DNA of 64,000 nt from IMG/VR virus record IMGVR_UViG_3300008113_004623, positions 36,503 to 100,502 of that record, one strand, 5' to 3'. This document shows positions 9,057-19,500 of this stretch, one piece after another. The stretch's first letter is position 1; every line of letters begins with the position of its first letter. A model generated the notes under the pieces. It worked only from the letters and a program-made list of their open reading frames with translations. It searched no databases and was not told the DNA's origin. Made by a program: the position numbers and the translations under genes. Origin of the DNA: a virus.

Positions 9057-11870
9057 ATGTTAAGGCATTCTTTATATAAAAAGTTTGGTAAAAAATACCA
9101 GGTAGGAGGTGAAAAAGACCCCGCTGCCCCATTTAAGGCACCTGCTCCTTTTGGAACATATACTACCCCCAATCAACCACAAGGAACTATTAGTACTCCT
9201 GATGCATCTTTTGCTCCTGGAGTATTTAGTAATGAAAAAGCAGACAATACCTTTACGCCCTTTCCTGCTCCGTTAAATATATTTGATGTTAATCAACAAA
9301 CACCTGAACCCGAACAGGGTCCCTTAACCCAACAAGAAGTAACAGAGCGTGCTATTACAGTTGACCCTATGGCAGAAGTAGAACCTAAAGAAGAAAAAAA
9401 TAAAAATGGAAATTTTTCTGATTACGCTACTTTAGGACTAGCTGGAATTTCAGGAGTTCTTAATTATCAAGATGCATTAAAGCAAGATCAAAAATTTAAA
9501 CAATCTATTCAGCAGAGAGATAGTAAACCTGTATATGACTACAATTGGATGTACGGTAGGACTACTTCTGGTGGAACAGAATATCAACCAATTATTATGG
9601 CAAAACAAGGTGCAAACATTCGTAGGCCACTAAATTCATTAGAAACAGCTAATGTTGAAATTGAAGGTGGAGAATTTTTAATTCTTCCTGATGGCACTAC
9701 TGAAATAGCAAAAGGTCCTTCCCACGCAAAAGGCGGCATTGATACTATATTACCTGAAGGAACAAAAGTATTTTCAAATCACTTACGTCCTGCAGACTTA
9801 CATAAAATGCCTGCGCCTTATAAACAAATGTTGTTAGGTGGATATATGGAAGAAGGTGGAGAAGTAGAAGACTTAGGATTAGATTATCTAGAAGACATGT
9901 TGGAAGATTCTGGTAAGTTTAAAGGTAAAGATGCTAAGAAAACTTTTGCAGAAATTGCTAAACGATACGACTTAAAAGTTTACCAAGATGTACTTAATAA
10001 TCCATTTGCTTCTGCTGTAGATAAAGAAACAGCTCAAGTAATGATGCAGCGTAACGCTAAAATTCTTGACCAACTTTTCCGCGATCAACAAATTCTTAAC
10101 GGTAACTCTAATGGGGAGCCTATGGAGGAAATGAAAAATGGTGGAATAAACAATCCTGGTTTTAAAGCTCTTCCTGCTGAAGTTCAAGCTAAGATACTTT
10201 CTAACATGCAAACTGGTGGGAGATACAAAATCCCAGAAGGAAGTAGAGTAATTGCAGAATCCGATTTAGCTAATGCTCAACCTGGAGATTATGTACGATT
10301 TGCAAATGGTACAGTAAAGAAACTTACCAAGAAAGATGTACAAACAATTGACAAAGGATTTAATAAAGACTTCTCTGTAATGAAACAGCGTTGGGATGAT
10401 CCTAGTCTTAATCCAGTTAAAGACCAAATGTGGAACAGGTACATTCAAGCTAATCCAAACACAAAGATTAGCAAACAACAATACCTAGATAACTACATTA
10501 AAACACAAGAGCAGTTATATGCTATTGACGCAGCTGCTGCTAATAACCCTAATATTGACTTATCTAACCCAGAGTGGGATAGAACTTCAGGAGGTGCTAA
10601 GAATAAGCGATATAAAGAACTAGCCAAACAATTAGGATTACCTGAACTTACCGAAGATCAGATTTCTCAGTTCCAACAAGGATATAAAGACCTTGCAACA
10701 ATTCAACAAGATCCTCAATATCAAGCAGCCCTTGCTGATTTTGATTTAACTCCTAAAGGTGTTGGGGACCAAATGTATTTAGGAAAGGCCATTTCTCCAG
10801 CAGATGCTATCTTAGGCAACACTACTGTAAGACAGCTTCAATATTTAAAAAATAGAGAACAAGTTCCTACTTACCAATACGAAGATGTACCAGAAAACAT
10901 GCCTCCTGGTCAAGCTTATGACTTAAATGTTAGCGGTAGACGTGGTACTTATAGAGGCATGCCTTATCCTGTAAGTCAAGCTATCCCATCCGCATATGCA
11001 CTAGCACAAGCACAAGAAACTTTTCCTTATGCTATTCCTGAAGTAGAAGCTCCTTACATAAGACCGCAGACTTTAAACATTCAAAGTCAGTTGCAAGATG
11101 CAGATAATAATGCTATTGCTGCAATGCGTTACGGGGCAGATCCTAACTTAGCATATATAGCAGGACTTGATGCAAAGCAAAAGTCTTTTGAGAATAAACA
11201 AAACTATGATGCAGATGCACGAGCTAAAGCAGATATGTATAATGCAGAAGCTAAGATGCGTGCTGATTCAATAAATGCTCAGATGTTTAACCAAGTATAC
11301 AATGATATGTACGCTGGTGCAAAGTCTGCTCAGTCTGAAGAAAAACAAAAAGCAATTGCTTCCTTAATTACTAATCGTAATAAGTGGCAACAAGACGAAA
11401 ACTTAAAAGAGTTTTATTTCAATAACTTTGTAACTAATTACGATTTTGATGGTAGAAATCCGAGTTTAACTATGGATGCTACAGGAACAAATCAGTTTAG
11501 TATTACAGGAGTAAAACCTACTCAGTCTACTCAGTCTACTCCTGCTACGCCAACTACGCAGTCTGCTAACGCTACTACAGCACCGTCTACTGCTTCAACA
11601 ACAACTCCAACTCCAGCTACAACTTCTACGCCTACTACTACAGGAGTACCTGTAGATTCTACATTTAGAGCTTCTTTAAATCCTAATCTACCGCCTTCTA
11701 TGCAGTATGGAGTAACTAATCCTGCATTGCCTGATTTAGGTACGCCTGTAATGAAGACTAACTTAAATCCAAACTTACCATTATCTATGCAGTATGGTAT
11801 GGAGATGGGTGGACAATTAGAGACTTACTTGAATCCATTCAAAAAGAAAAAAGGTTTCAGAAAAAAATAA
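9057..11870 (+). CDS. Capsid cargo protein (crAss cargo protein 1-like)
   Basis: NVEIEGGE...GPSHAKGGI...VFSNHL domain typical of crAss cargo proteins; several xxxGG motifs; Thr/Pro-rich C-terminal region. Confidence 0.65.
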   Translation: MLRHSLYKKFGKKYQVGGEKDPAAPFKAPAPFGTYTTPNQPQGTISTPDASFAPGVFSNEKADNTFTPFPAPLNIFDVNQQTPEPEQGPLTQQEVTERAITVDPMAEVEPKEEKNKNGNFSDYATLGLAGISGVLNYQDALKQDQKFKQSIQQRDSKPVYDYNWMYGRTTSGGTEYQPIIMAKQGANIRRPLNSLETANVEIEGGEFLILPDGTTEIAKGPSHAKGGIDTILPEGTKVFSNHLRPADLHKMPAPYKQMLLGGYMEEGGEVEDLGLDYLEDMLEDSGKFKGKDAKKTFAEIAKRYDLKVYQDVLNNPFASAVDKETAQVMMQRNAKILDQLFRDQQILNGNSNGEPMEEMKNGGINNPGFKALPAEVQAKILSNMQTGGRYKIPEGSRVIAESDLANAQPGDYVRFANGTVKKLTKKDVQTIDKGFNKDFSVMKQRWDDPSLNPVKDQMWNRYIQANPNTKISKQQYLDNYIKTQEQLYAIDAAAANNPNIDLSNPEWDRTSGGAKNKRYKELAKQLGLPELTEDQISQFQQGYKDLATIQQDPQYQAALADFDLTPKGVGDQMYLGKAISPADAILGNTTVRQLQYLKNREQVPTYQYEDVPENMPPGQAYDLNVSGRRGTYRGMPYPVSQAIPSAYALAQAQETFPYAIPEVEAPYIRPQTLNIQSQLQDADNNAIAAMRYGADPNLAYIAGLDAKQKSFENKQNYDADARAKADMYNAEAKMRADSINAQMFNQVYNDMYAGAKSAQSEEKQKAIASLITNRNKWQQDENLKEFYFNNFVTNYDFDGRNPSLTMDATGTNQFSITGVKPTQSTQSTPATPTTQSANATTAPSTASTTTPTPATTSTPTTTGVPVDSTFRASLNPNLPPSMQYGVTNPALPDLGTPVMKTNLNPNLPLSMQYGMEMGGQLETYLNPFKKKKGFRKK
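11676..11798 (+). repeat. Intragenic 12-codon duplication LNPNLP(P/L)SMQYG
   Basis: Copies at 11676-11711 and 11763-11798, diverged mostly at synonymous sites. Confidence 0.85.
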
Positions 11871-11876
11871 TTTACT

Positions 11877-13535
11877 ATGATTTCGCATAAATCCAAAGGA
11901 TTTGTTTATCCAGACTATATCTCTCCTCTACCAGCAGATGAGTTCATTAAGGGCGCACTGCTTAAACAAAAAATGTATGATGAGGGTATTGAGAAAGTTC
12001 AACAGCAACTTGACGCATACGGCCAGATTAGAAAAACTCTTCTGAAAGAAGAGGATAAAGCTTACTTTGACCAAGAGGCTACTAAATTAGTTTCTGCATT
12101 AAACAAAAATGCAGGATTGGATTTTGCTAATAAGAATAATTTGAGATCAGCATTATCTCTAGGTAAAAATCTAATTAATGATCCCGTTATAGCTACTGCT
12201 GCTGAATCAACTGCTACTTATCAAAAGATGATAGAGGAGTATAACAAACTCGATCCTAAGAATAGAAGTTCTGTAAATGATTACTTCTTTATGAAAGACA
12301 TTAACAATTGGTTGAAAGATGGTAAGTACGGCAGTAAACTAAAGTATAACCCTTATACTGTTTATACAGACGAGCATGTAAAACTTTGGAAAGAATTGTC
12401 TACCTCACTTAAACCCGAAGAACAAGAGTTTCCTGTATTTGATGGAGCTAGTGGTGAATGGATTGTTCAGAAGAAATACTCAGGTGTAACTGCACAAAGA
12501 TTTAGAGATGCTTATATAAACGGACTAAGCGCACAGGCTAAGAATCAACTAGAGATGGAGGCTCGTTACTCCTTAGAGACAGGAGATAGAAATAAAATTA
12601 CTAGTTTCTATAACCAAGATTTAAACAATAAAATAACTTCAACAACTTTAGAATTAAACCGATTAAACGAGGAAAAACAAAAAGTTGCTGCAAAGTACGG
12701 CTCATCGTCTCCAGAAACTTTAAGACTAGACGAACAAATTAAGAGCATAAATGCTACAAAGGTATTTTATGAAAACAAACAAGCAGGCGAACTAACTGAT
12801 GGTGATTTAGTATCTTTCTTAAAAGATGATAAAATACTAGATGCTGCTGGAGCCTTTGCCTATAAGAGTGAAAGTTCTAAACTTGAGGCAAATCCTTACG
12901 TAGTAGATTACAAGAGAATGCAGAATAACTTAGCGGAATATCAAGCTAAGGCTCAAATTGATATTGCTAAAGAAGAAGAATTAGTTAGACGCGGACTAAA
13001 AGACGGATCAACAAACGGAATGTTAAGTCCAGGTGCCTATCTGCCAGATTCTAAGTATGAAAAAAATCCAGTTATTCAAGACTTTAATCCAATCTACGGA
13101 CAAACTAGAAGTATAGAAGAAGCTGCTTTAATTCAAAATGGGCTTGTTAAGTTTTCTGAAGGGAAAACTGTAGAACAAGCACTGCAATCAATAATGGATG
13201 AAGGTAAACTATCAGGAGAAGACAGACGTGATATTAATGAGATGTTCTTACCTTCTGGGTTTTTAGAAAGACGCCCAGTAGCTGAACAACGTGAACGTCA
13301 AGCAAGAGGACAAAAATTAGTTGAGGAGATGTTTTGGAAATTTAAAGGCATGTACGACTCATTAAAAGGAAATAGATCAATTAAACAAGGGGATGAAAGT
13401 TTCTCTTTAAATCCATCTAGCACTGTATCTGTTTTAGAAATGACAGGCGGTGTTAGGGATATGAGTGTTGCTTCTTTATTAAATAGAGATGGAAGTTACT
13501 TGTCTCAGATTAAAGAAATTAAAATTAAGAAATAA
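11877..13535 (+). CDS. Coiled-coil virion cargo/ejection protein
   Basis: 552 aa, helical, no Cys seen; lies between cargo 1 and the giant proteins. Confidence 0.6.
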   Translation: MISHKSKGFVYPDYISPLPADEFIKGALLKQKMYDEGIEKVQQQLDAYGQIRKTLLKEEDKAYFDQEATKLVSALNKNAGLDFANKNNLRSALSLGKNLINDPVIATAAESTATYQKMIEEYNKLDPKNRSSVNDYFFMKDINNWLKDGKYGSKLKYNPYTVYTDEHVKLWKELSTSLKPEEQEFPVFDGASGEWIVQKKYSGVTAQRFRDAYINGLSAQAKNQLEMEARYSLETGDRNKITSFYNQDLNNKITSTTLELNRLNEEKQKVAAKYGSSSPETLRLDEQIKSINATKVFYENKQAGELTDGDLVSFLKDDKILDAAGAFAYKSESSKLEANPYVVDYKRMQNNLAEYQAKAQIDIAKEEELVRRGLKDGSTNGMLSPGAYLPDSKYEKNPVIQDFNPIYGQTRSIEEAALIQNGLVKFSEGKTVEQALQSIMDEGKLSGEDRRDINEMFLPSGFLERRPVAEQRERQARGQKLVEEMFWKFKGMYDSLKGNRSIKQGDESFSLNPSSTVSVLEMTGGVRDMSVASLLNRDGSYLSQIKEIKIKK

Positions 13536-13553
13536 CATAAGTAATTAAGAGGC

Positions 13554-16500
13554 ATGGCAAAAAAAGTAGATAGTTCTTTTAACTTTTTAGGAATAGATCC
13601 TCGCTTAAATGTAGGAGACCCCAACGTTGTTAAGGCAGCAGTAGACCAATCCATTAATAGTAATCCTGTTTTATTTAATGCTTATCACACTAAGGAAATC
13701 CTAAGACCACAATTAGATGAAATAAGAAGAGAGAAAGAAACCGAACGTTTACGTAATATAAACGTAAACTCTTTTAATTATCTTGCTAAGAAGGCGGGGT
13801 ACGACGAAGGTTATGCTTCTAATCTTTATAACAGAATACAAGACTTACCTAATTTACCTGAGCAACAAGCAACTGCTGCCTACAATGAATTAGCAAAAGA
13901 ATTAGATGATTTAAAAGAAAAAGGAACTACTTCTTCTTTTGGTGGATTTGATTACTTATCTGATATAGGTGAAGGTCTTTTTGAAGCTGCGCGAGGTGCA
14001 ACTAATATTAGCCATGAACTTTTTGGTGGAGCTAAGTACACTGACCCACAAGAATGGTTAGGTAAAAATAAAAATGACCAAACCGCACAAGCTGTGCTCG
14101 ATGAGTTATTTACTCCCTCAGACATTTATAAGTATGCTAAACGTGTATTAGATAGTAAACAGAAAGAAGTATCTATTAATAAGTTTAAACAGAACTTAGG
14201 TGATGTTGACGGAGTTTTGCAGTTACTTGAATCTAAATCAAGAAATTTAAATAGTGGAAATAGTTTTGATGACTTACTACTTCCTGTATTAGAGAATCAA
14301 TTTAGAACACCTGGTTCTGATTGGTACCGAGATGCCGAAGGAGAGTTAAGTCCTCAGTATGTAAAAGAATTTCAAAACTATGTTAAGCAAGGTTTTCAAG
14401 AAAAGTTTGATGATCAAAGTTTTGTAACTAACATTTTAAATAAACCTGCTCGTTACGCAAAGTATGATTTAGAAACAGAAGCACTTAATGACTACAAGAC
14501 AGTTCTACAAAAAGGATTGTTTGACTTAGTTGATGAGCGTAGACAACTTCTTGATGAAGAAAAACTTGTAAAAGATAGCCCAGAAGACAAACAGTACATC
14601 AACAAAATTGAGCGTATTAATTCTCAATTAGACAAACTAGTAGCAAGAGAAAAAAGTATTGATAAAGTATACGGAGTATCTGTAGGAGACCGTAGTGGAT
14701 TTTTTAAAGCTACTTTAGGCAGTGGCTATATGGCTTTTAGAGATTTGCGTGACTTTTTAACTCCAGATTATTTTCAAGGCCCTGAGTCTGATGCAAATAC
14801 TCAAGTTATTAGAAATGCTATGTATAAACCTGAAGTACTACGATATGATAAATACGGAAATCCTGTATTATCAAATCAAGTATTTTATGAAAGTGCTTCG
14901 GGTACAAAAGCAAACTGGCGTGGCTTTTTTGAGTCTGGTGGGGCTATTGTAGGTGACATGGCACCTGCTATTGCTACGGGGTCTATACTTGCGCGTGGAG
15001 TTTCTTCTGGTTTAGCTCTTGCAGGAACTGAAGCAGGCTCTGCAACATTAGGTGCTAGAGTAGCTTCTACAGCAGCAAAGACTTACGATAAAGTAAACAA
15101 GTACGGAAGTCTTCGCTTAGCAGATCGTATTTCTACTTTTGCAACTATCTATGCAACTACTAATGAGCGTATATACGAACAAGAAAAGAAGTGGGGAGGT
15201 AATGCTGAAGAACGGGCTCGTTATTTAGCAGTAGCTGAAGCCGCATCCGAAGCTATAGGTTTTCCTGATGTAGGAATATTAAAGTTAACTCCATTTAGTA
15301 GAGGATTAGGTGCGGCCAGTAAAACAGCTGCAGGAATATCTTTAACTAGATCTGAGTTAGCGAAGGCATATTTACGTGGAGGTTCTGAATTTGCTAAGAC
15401 TGCAGTTAAAGCCAACTTAGTAGAATCTTTTGAAGAAGAAATGGCTTTACTTGGAGAAGCACTTGTAAGTCACGCCTACGCAGATGAGTATGCTCGTGTA
15501 GGTAGAGAACAAACAGAATTTACTGGAGAAAACATAATTGATACTTTTGTTGAATCATTTAAAGGAGGTCTTCTTTATAGTGGTTTAATGACAGGCATGA
15601 ATCATTACAGAGCTACTCGTAAGAATGCTTTGTTAGATCAGGCTGAATACGAGGCCGCAAATAATCCAGAATTATTTAAAGCTAAGTTGAAGGAGATGCA
15701 CCAAAAGAATCCTTCAGAACTTTCTGAAAAGCAATTAGCAGATGCTATTGTAACTATAGATAATCTTTCTAACACATTTAAGTCTCTGTCTCAAATAGAC
15801 AACTTAAAAGATTTAAATACCTTTTTCGATGATGAAGATGCACGCAGACAACTATTCACTAAAGCTAGGCAGCGTGATGTTCTACGTTCTATTGACTTTG
15901 ATAGTTTGACTCCCGAACAACAAGAAGAATTTACTAAAGCTAAGTTAGGAGGTAAGATTACTAAAAAAGCAACTGCTGAGTATAATAAAGCTCGTCAACA
16001 GGTAAGTGATTTCTTAGCACAAACCGAGGGACAAACCCTCAGTAAAGAACAAACACAAGAGTTTGTTGCTTTGCAGTTAAAAGCAGCACAACTTCGCAGT
16101 ATTGCTAATACTATTGATTTACGTAAGCTTACTGATTCTCAGATGGAAACTTTGGCTTCTATGGGAATAATAGAAGATAAAGACTTTCAGTTTACCCAAG
16201 AAGATTTGGATAAAATGATTGCTGAAGTAGATACTGATATTCTTAAAACAGAGAAACGCGCTTTTCAATATGCTGAGATGACTAAGGCGGAGAAAGCAGA
16301 AGCCATCAAAAAAGCTTACGATAAAAAGATAGAAGCTATTAACCAGGTAGAAGATCCTACGGTTTTGTTCGAGTCATTAGTAGCGTTAAAAAAAGACTAC
16401 GAATATTTAGAAAAAAATGCTTATGGAGTAAATCCAGAAGTTCTTGCAAACAAAGCATCGCTTTTAGATGCTTACCAACAAAGATTCGATGCTCTAACTC

Positions 16501-19500
16501 AACGCGATGCCTCTGGTGCTAACTTGTTTGAAGCAAGTCTCCGAGAACTAGATATTAATAAAGCTATTACTGATTATAATATTTATGAATTAGTAAAGTT
16601 ATCTTCTCGACTAGATCAAAACAAGGATCATGTTGACAGTGCTTTTGCAGAGAATTTAAACGAAGAATTGTTAAATGCTCAAGCACAGATTATAGAAAAT
16701 ATACAAAAACTACAGGGAGATCAAAAAATACAAGCTTTAGCTAAGATTATGGATCAAACTGTAAAGTTTAATACATTTACTTATTTTGACCAAAAAGCAT
16801 TTAGTGAATTTATTACAAGTTATACTTATGGCTTAGATTCAGAAACAAACGAAGAAGTAGAGCAGACTATGACTGTTTCTATTACTCCAGAAGAATTTGA
16901 AAAAGTAAGAGCCGAAGTTATTCGGATGCGTGGTATACGTAAGAGTAACTCAATGGCAGCCACTGGTCGTGTAGATAATGTTAGTGTACCAACTGAAAGC
17001 GAAGAGCAAGAAGATGCTATGCGTACATTAGCTCGTAATGTTGCTGCAGCATCTAGTGAGTTAGATGATGATGGTTTTTCTGAAAAATCTGCTTTAGAAA
17101 AACAATACACTGATTCCTTCTTAAAAAACAAAGAAGTAACAGAAGCAGTTCAAGCTTTAAAAGATAGAGTATTTTCTTTATTTAACGAAGGCAGCGCACG
17201 TGCAGCATCTGTTCTAAACGCATTTAATACCTTACTAACAAATAAAGATACTATTTCTTTTGACGCACAGCTTCAGCAAGTAAAACAAGCTCTTAAAGCT
17301 GAAATTGATGCACTACGAAATGTAGATAAAAACTCTAAATCTGCCAGAGCACTAGAGGGAGTTTTGCTAGAACTAGATTTGTGGACTAAGGCAGCAAAGA
17401 AAATGGTTATTCAAAATCCTGCTGCTAATTTAGGTGACTTAACTAATTTAGAACCTAGCAGAACAAATGTTGTTGATCTTCAAAATGATGTTTTGGAGGA
17501 AGAGTTTGGGGACGAGTTAACGCCAGCACAAGTTCAAACTAAACAATCTGAGATTGACCAACTGAATCAAGAAGCTCAACGTAGACGTTCTCGTCTACTA
17601 GACTTAACTAGTCCAGCTAGAAGTAATGGAATAGAAGTAACTCCAGATAATGTCATAGTAACAGATCCTGCAGTAAAACGTAGAGTTGCATTTATTGATG
17701 CACTTTCTACGATGGCAGATACTAAAGTTAAGATTCTAAACAAACGACAGTTTTTGCGTGAGTATTTAGCTAGCAAGTATCCGCAGAAAAACCAAGCAGA
17801 CATTGAGCAAGACTTAAAGAGTCTATTAACGTTCTTTACTAATATACCTCAAGACATAGTAGACAACTGGGATACCTTAACTAATCAAGATGAAATTCTT
17901 GCTTCGGTGCATCAGTTACTAGGTAAAGAATTTTTTGATAAAGGGCAGCTTAGATACTATGTAAAGAACAAAGCTCAAGGATTACTAGTTAATCCTGAAG
18001 TTATAATGACTGCCGCAAGTAAAGACGGTAAAGTTTTATTACAGGACTCTTACCCGCTTGAGTTAAGTTTTATTCAGAATACGGGTGAAGGCAATACTAA
18101 AGAGTTTTCTACTGTACCGTGGAGATTGTCAGGACGTATACAAGGAGAATCTACAGACGTTAAAATCTTACCTGGAGATATTATTGCTGCCCATACCGAA
18201 ACTTTTGCAAGCAAAGAGTTATTACAAGAATTTTTAGGAAAGAATGATAAAAGCGTATTAGTTGACTATGAGATCAGTGAAGGGGTTCTTACTAATAAAG
18301 ATTCTTTTAGCACAATGGCAGAAGTTGAATCTTCTGATATTAAAAACGCTAGTCTTAAAGATTTTTCAATTCCAACACAGCCAGGATCTCGCGTAGCAGG
18401 CAGACGCTACAAATTTAATTTAGGTCGTTTGTACTTTAACAATAATGGTAATCCTGTTATTTTACAGAACAATAAACTTAACGAAGAGGAAATACAAGCA
18501 ATAGCTGAGTTAGTATTTAATCCTCCAACTGGAAATATTAGTATGAGCCAGTTAGATGAGGCTTTATTTGATCTAATTAACCAAATCGATAAGAACAATC
18601 GTATTGTATTCTTCCCAGCAGAGGCGCTTAATCAAATTCAAGCTGACGGTAGTTTAAAAACTTTTTACGAACAAATGTTAGTACCTTCATTAGTTCAAGA
18701 AGTTAACGGCAAACGTAAGTACCAAAAGCTCACAAAAGAACAATTCATTAAAGAGTTAGGAAACTATTACTATAAAGTAAGTCCAACTTTCTTATCTGGG
18801 GGCGCACGCTTTAACGAAAGCATTACTCGTTTCCAAATGAAAGACGGTGTTCCTGAAGTATTAAAACAGCCATACTTAGACTATATTAAAGAAACACATC
18901 AAGCTCCTATTAATAGTGAGGGAAATGTATCTACTGTAGTTAATAAGATTGTCTATCCAAGTACTACTGACTTAGCCGCACAAACTAAAGCTTTAAATCT
19001 ACAAATCAAGAACGACCAACAACTAACCAGTAAAGGAAAGACAGTAGGAGGCGTTAATCCAAATAGTAATGCCCGAAGTTTAAATCCAACTGCTCCACAG
19101 TTAAATAGAACTGCTTCAGCTACTTTGAATATGATTCCCTATGCAGAGATTAACTCTTTCTTAGCGAAGTTTGGTATTCCTGTAAAAATTGGTTACTCTG
19201 AAGAAATTTATAACCAATTAGTATTAGCAATTAAAAAAGACCCAAGTATTCTAAGCCTAGTAACTGCTCGCATCGAGAATAACCAGGTTGTTACTTCTGA
19301 GTATGATGGAGGAAATACTAAAGGAATTAACTTACTTATTGGTTCAGTAACTCTTCCTAATGGTCAAAAATATAAAGTGTTTTTTAAACCTGATGAGCAA
19401 AGCGCAGGACTGAACTTAAACATCAATAAAATTGAGGGAGGATTTACTGCAAGTGTGAAAAACACTGATGTTCCTAATCCTACTCCTTCTAATGCTCCTA

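Noticed and set aside
11515-11650. Thr/Ser/Pro-rich repeat-like DNA
   Set aside because: Explained by a low-complexity linker within the cargo protein.
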